Positions 62,240-64,000 of a DNA stretch of 64,000 nt are shown in pieces. Below the pieces are notes generated by a model that worked only from the letters and a program-made list of their open reading frames with translations, was not told the DNA's origin and searched no databases. Source of the DNA: a bacterium (GTDB lineage Bacteria; UBA8248; JACPRG01; G963555815); the NCBI GenBank assembly GCA_965218795.1, contig OZ244653.1:4160001-4224000 (forward strand), written 5' to 3'. How positions within the stretch are numbered: position 1 is the stretch's first letter; each line of letters begins with the position of its first letter. A program made the position numbers and the translations under genes.

Positions 62240-62276
62240 GCCCGGGGACCCGCTCTGTCGCCCTCGGGTTTTTTTT
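62240..62276 (+). terminator. Intrinsic terminator after the ferredoxin gene
   Basis: cccgggg / cctcggg stem followed by T8. Confidence 0.65.
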
Positions 62277-62304
62277 CGGCCCGGTGGTGACGGGGAGAGA
62301 TGGG

Positions 62305-64000
62305 GTGAAATCACGCCGCCTCCGAGAATTCGCGCGCGGTCTCACATGGATCGTCTTGGCATGGGTCCTGGCCGCCTGTTCCCCCGTGGTCCTGCCTTCC
62401 CCGCCTTCGAGGGGTTCGCCCCCCCCCGACGTTCCTGCCGGCTTTACCGAACTGGCCGCGCGGCTCCGTCCGTCCGTTGTCCATATCAGCGCTCACAAAG
62501 CGGAAGGCCCGCTCCGGAGCGGGCAGAAGCCGAGGGGGTTGGCCACCGATCTCCGTGAATTTTTCGATCGGTTTTTCGGACCCCGGGGAGAGTCGGATCC
62601 CGAAGAGGGGAAGGGGAACGAAGAATTCCGGCGTGAGGGGACGGGAACCGGATTCCTGATTGGCGGCAGGGGCGAAATCCTGACCAATCATCACGTCGTC
62701 GAAGGGGCCGGCCGGATCCGCGTCCGGCTCTATCGGGGCGAATGGCTGGACGCCCGCCTGATCGGCGCGGACCCGCGCACGGATCTGGCTCTCCTTGAGA
62801 TACGCGCCAAACGTTCCCTGGCTGGCGCGCCGCTCGGAGATTCGGCGAAGGCCCGGGTGGGCGAGTGGGTCGTGGCAATCGGCAATCCCTTCGGGCTGGA
62901 GGAGACGGTCACGGTCGGTATCCTGAGTGCGAAGGGCCGAATCCTCGATAGTTCGGAATTCAGCGCATTCCTCCAGACGGACGCCCCCATTCATCGGGGA
63001 AACAGCGGCGGGCCGCTCCTCAATCTCCGCGGCGAGGTCATCGGAGTCAACACGGCCGTGGTCACGGGAGTGCCCGGCATCGGCTTTGCCATACCGATCA
63101 ACCTGGTCCGGCGTCTGCTTCCGGACCTCCGGCTGTTCGGGCATGTCCGCCGGGGATGGATCGGCGTGGCGATTCAGGACGTCGCCCCGGAATTGGCCCG
63201 ATACTTCAAGCTTTCCGGTGCCGGTGGGGTGCTGATTACACATGTGCAGGAGAAGGGACCGGCCGAGGAGGCCGGCCTGCGGCCGGGGGACATCATCCTG
63301 TCGATGGACGGGGGTGACCTCAAAGGCACGCCGGATTTCGAACGTGCGTTGGAACGTGCCCCAATCAACATTCCGACCGACCTCCGCCTCCTGCGGGGCG
63401 GGAAGGCTCTGAAGGTGCGGGTGACCACCCGAGAACTGCGGGAACCTCCGCCGATATCCACCAGCCGGACCCAACCCGGCCGGCTTGCGCATCCCCCCCT
63501 GGGGCTGCGCCTTCAATCACTCACCCCTTCCCTCGCCAGCCGGATGGGGATCGATGATCCGGCGGGGCTCGTTGTGGCGGATGTCGAGACGGAAGGCCCC
63601 GCAGACCGGGCTGGAATTCGACGAGGCGACATCATCCGCTTGATCAATATGCAGGCAGTCCGATCCGAACGTGGCGTTCAGGAAATTCTCCGCGCCCTGA
63701 AGGGGAGACAGACCCTGTTCCTGATCCAGCGGGGAGACCGGCGATTCTTTGTTCTTCTCCGCCGCCAATCCGGCACGGCAAAGCCCCCCAAAACGACAGG
63801 GGCGCAACAATTCCTCGGCACCGACACGCCCAAGGGGTTCATCCCCCCGCCGCCGCTCCATCCGAAGGACACCCGGCTGAAGACCCAAAATCTCGCCGAA
63901 GGCGCGTACGCTCTGCTATCCGGCAAGCCCGGCGTAGACAACAGCGGGTTCATCATCCCAGGCGCGACGAAATCCCTGCGGCACGTTGCCGCCCGCCCTT
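62305..64000 (+). CDS. HtrA/DegP serine protease lipoprotein (open at window end)
   Basis: Not in the ORF track because no stop lies in the window; GTG start, LAAC lipobox, GTGF, TNHHV, TDLAL, QTDAPIHRGNSGGP, two PDZ domains, then a long tail. Confidence 0.9.
   Translation, partial: MKSRRLREFARGLTWIVLAWVLAACSPVVLPSPPSRGSPPPDVPAGFTELAARLRPSVVHISAHKAEGPLRSGQKPRGLATDLREFFDRFFGPRGESDPEEGKGNEEFRREGTGTGFLIGGRGEILTNHHVVEGAGRIRVRLYRGEWLDARLIGADPRTDLALLEIRAKRSLAGAPLGDSAKARVGEWVVAIGNPFGLEETVTVGILSAKGRILDSSEFSAFLQTDAPIHRGNSGGPLLNLRGEVIGVNTAVVTGVPGIGFAIPINLVRRLLPDLRLFGHVRRGWIGVAIQDVAPELARYFKLSGAGGVLITHVQEKGPAEEAGLRPGDIILSMDGGDLKGTPDFERALERAPINIPTDLRLLRGGKALKVRVTTRELREPPPISTSRTQPGRLAHPPLGLRLQSLTPSLASRMGIDDPAGLVVADVETEGPADRAGIRRGDIIRLINMQAVRSERGVQEILRALKGRQTLFLIQRGDRRFFVLLRRQSGTAKPPKTTGAQQFLGTDTPKGFIPPPPLHPKDTRLKTQNLAEGAYALLSGKPGVDNSGFIIPGATKSLRHVAARP

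Overview
GC-rich bacterial chromosomal window. Core genes: aceE-aceF-lpdA and transaldolase; an ABC exporter, alkA and dgt; tldD/pmbA; three HtrA/DegP proteases; pgi/pmi-lepA-lepB; pdxA-rsmA; and a long TCA operon (icd, mdh, two-subunit fumarase, three-gene Sdh, sucCD, korAB, ndk). Accessory stretches sit between these. (i) 10.6-14.1 kb is a decaying defence islet: a 96-aa PD-(D/E)xK-like protein, a GmrSD-like gene with three indels, and recombinase scraps. (ii) 23.5-25 kb holds a REP-like element, a frameshifted Cys-rich nuclease and an integrase remnant homologous and inverted to one at 13.8 kb. (iii) The most notable stretch is a co-oriented catabolic cluster at 34.8-45.4 kb. It carries a glycine/betaine-reductase-type component B pair whose GrdB-like subunit has an in-frame UGA (T-U-G-T-C-T-R-C) followed by a SECIS-like hairpin, with no grdA/C/D here. 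It is joined to a DUF1989 protein, a cyclic amidohydrolase, an orphan xanthine-dehydrogenase-family Mo subunit, a Rieske ferredoxin plus amidohydrolase-fold pair and a cyclase. I saw no rRNA, tRNA or CRISPR array by eye. All assignments come from motif recognition; no database searches were run.
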